Assembly (NCBI GenBank): GCA_014905635.1
Contig: JABVCE010000007.1
Span: 1,116,001-1,180,000, forward strand
Source of the DNA: Scenedesmus sp. PABB004
Taxonomy: Eukaryota
DNA: 64,000 bases
Direction of reading: 5' to 3'
Part shown: positions 62,166-64,000 of the stretch, piece by piece
How positions within the stretch are numbered: position 1 is the stretch's first letter
Layout of the letters: every line of letters starts with the position of its first letter
The notes under the pieces: model-generated
Told to the model about the DNA's origin: nothing
Seen by the model: the letters and a program-made list of their open reading frames with translations, nothing else
Databases searched by the model: none
Position numbers and translations under genes: made by a program

Positions 62166-64000
62166 ATGGCGCAAGTCAGCCTGCAAGTGCGCAACAGCCT
62201 GGACCTGGCCTCGGCGCGCTTCAAGGGTGCGCCGGCGCGCCGACGCCGGCGCGCGCGTGGGCGCGGACGCGGGTTGCCCATCCCTCTGCCGCGCCTCACC
62301 GCGCCTCACCGCGCCCGCGCCGCAGGCGACACGACCATCAGCTATGAACTCATTCTCGAGAAGTTCCGGTCCATTGAGAAGCCCATCGACAAGTACCTGA
62401 CGCTGCGCGACCTGCTGCGCCTGGCGCCCAAGGTGTACTACGACCTGCTGCTGAAGCACACCGAGGAAATCCTGCCCTACATCTACACGGTGGGCGAGCG
62501 CCGGGGCCGCGCCGGCGCCGCCGCGGTCGCCGCGCCCGCGCGCCCGCGCGCCGCCGCTTCCGGCCGACCGCCGACGCGCCGCTGCGCCTGCGCGCGCCGC
62601 GCCCCGCGCAGCCCACGGTCGGCGAGGCGTGCGAGCTGTACCACAAGCTGCCGCTGAAGACGCGCGGCCTGTACATCACGCTGCACGACAAGGGCGCCGT
62701 CGCGGCCAAGCTCGCCGCGTGGCCGGTGCAGGACGTGCGCGTCGCGGTCATCACCGACGGCGAGCGCATCCTCGGCCTCGGTGCGCCGCCGCCGCCGCCG
62801 CGCCCGCCGCGCCTGCTGCTGCCGCGCCGCACGCCGCCCGCCGCGCGCTGCCAGCCCCCCGCGGCGCGCGCGCCCGCGCGCCCCGCGCCTGCGCCGACCC
62901 GCGGCGCCGCGCCGCCCTCTCCCCTCTCCCCTCTCCCCTCCCCGCCAGGCGACCTGGGCCGCAACGGCATGGGCATCAGCGAGGGCAAGATCACGCTCTA
63001 CACCGCCGCGGCGGGCGTCAACCCCATGCAGGTCCGCGCGCGCGCCGCGCCGCGCCGCGCCTGCCCTCCGCGCCTGCGCCCTCCGCACTCCCACGCTCCT
63101 TTCCTCCCTCACCGTGCCTCTCCCCGCCCGCCGCGCCCGCCCCGCGCCCGCGCCGCCGCCAGTGCCTGCCCATCTGCGTTGACATCGGGACCAACAACCC
63201 CACCTACCTGGAGGACCCCGAGTATCGCGGCATCAAGGCGCCACGCGTCACCGGTGCGCGGGGTCGGAGGCGCCAGCAGGGGCGAGCAGGGGCGAGCAGG
63301 GCGAGCAGGGGGCGGCAGGGGCGAGCAGGGGGCGGCAGGGGCGAGCAGGGGGCAGCAGGGGCGAGCAGGGGGGCGGCAGGGGCGAGCAGGGGGGCGGCAG
63401 GGGCGAGCAGGGCCGGCAGGGGCGAGCAGGGGCGGCGCGGCGCGGCGCAGGCGGCAGGGGCGGCAGGGGCAGGGGCAGCCGCGGCGGGCAGCGAGCCCCC
63501 CGCACCCCGCTCACGCCGCTCTCCCGCTGTCCCGCCGCGGCTGCCGCGCTGCGTGGTCAGGCGCTGAGTTTGATGAGTTCATGGGTGAGGTCATGGAGGC
63601 CCTGGCCGCGTGGCAGCCGCACATGCTGGTGCAGTTTGAGGACTTTGGCAACAACAACGCATTCAGGTGCGTGTGTGCGTGTAGCCAGGGGCGGGGGCAG
63701 CAGCGGGAGCAGCGGCGGCGGCGGGTTGGTGGCGCCGGCGGCGCGGCGGGCGGGCCAAGCGAGAGAGAGAGGGGGGGGGGAGGAGAGCGTCGTCGCGGGC
63801 GCGGCGCGGGCGGGGCGCCGGCGGCCGCGGCCGAGCGCGGCGCGCCCGCGCGCGCGCCGCAGGCTGCTGGAGACGTGGCGCCACAAGATGTGCGCCTTCA
63901 ACGACGACATCCAGGTGCGGCCCACCCCCCCCCCCCCACACACACACACACACGCTGCTGCGGCGGCGCGCGGCGGCGCGGCGGCAGCGCCGGGCGGCCA
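62166..64000 (+). CDS. Malic enzyme (NAD(P)-dependent), 5' part; continues beyond the window
   Basis: ILPYIYTPTVGEAC, RGLYIT, VITDGERILGLGDLG, GMGISEGK, CLPICVDIGTNN, QFEDFGNNNAF and FNDDIQ. Confidence 0.95.
63276..63475. repeat. G-rich 10-11-bp minisatellite (GCAGGGGCGA/GCAGGGGGCG) in a malic enzyme intron
   Basis: Tandem GCAGGG(G)C(G)(A/G) units lying between the donor after ...PRVT and the acceptor before GAEFDEF. Confidence 0.85.

Overview
Eukaryotic nuclear DNA, extremely GC-rich and gene-dense, with many short GC-rich spliceosomal introns (donor AG|GTGCGC, acceptor CGCAG) and TGTAA poly(A) signals. This points to a chlorophycean green alga, probably Sphaeropleales (inference). I assembled 24 intron-containing genes by eye: UPF1 (partial), two R2R3-MYBs, PSF2, an F-box-like protein, an Uup-like ABC-F, a ROK1/DDX52 helicase, an MFS transporter, lipoyl synthase, a MAPEG/MGST, an LRR-Kelch-DRC7 fusion, a head-to-head pair of SAND-like proteins, NOP16, a silk-like secreted protein, bL21, a LAG1/TLC protein, PP2C, a BLUF-like MOT7/TEX47 homologue, a Kelch protein, plastid CPN60-beta, malic enzyme (partial) and two small unknowns. 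Most long ORFs in the supplied track are GC-shadow artefacts. The most interesting observations are: (1) an R2R3-MYB ending in a degenerate MoaE-like domain; (2) a divergent pair of apparently organelle-targeted SAND-like paralogues, one with a C-terminal membrane anchor; (3) a ~590-bp inverted duplication of the CPN60B promoter and exon 1 that brackets two genes; (4) a nested palindromic element inside a CPN60B intron; (5) an unusually high share of GC-AG introns. All domain calls come from visual motif recognition; no database search was run.
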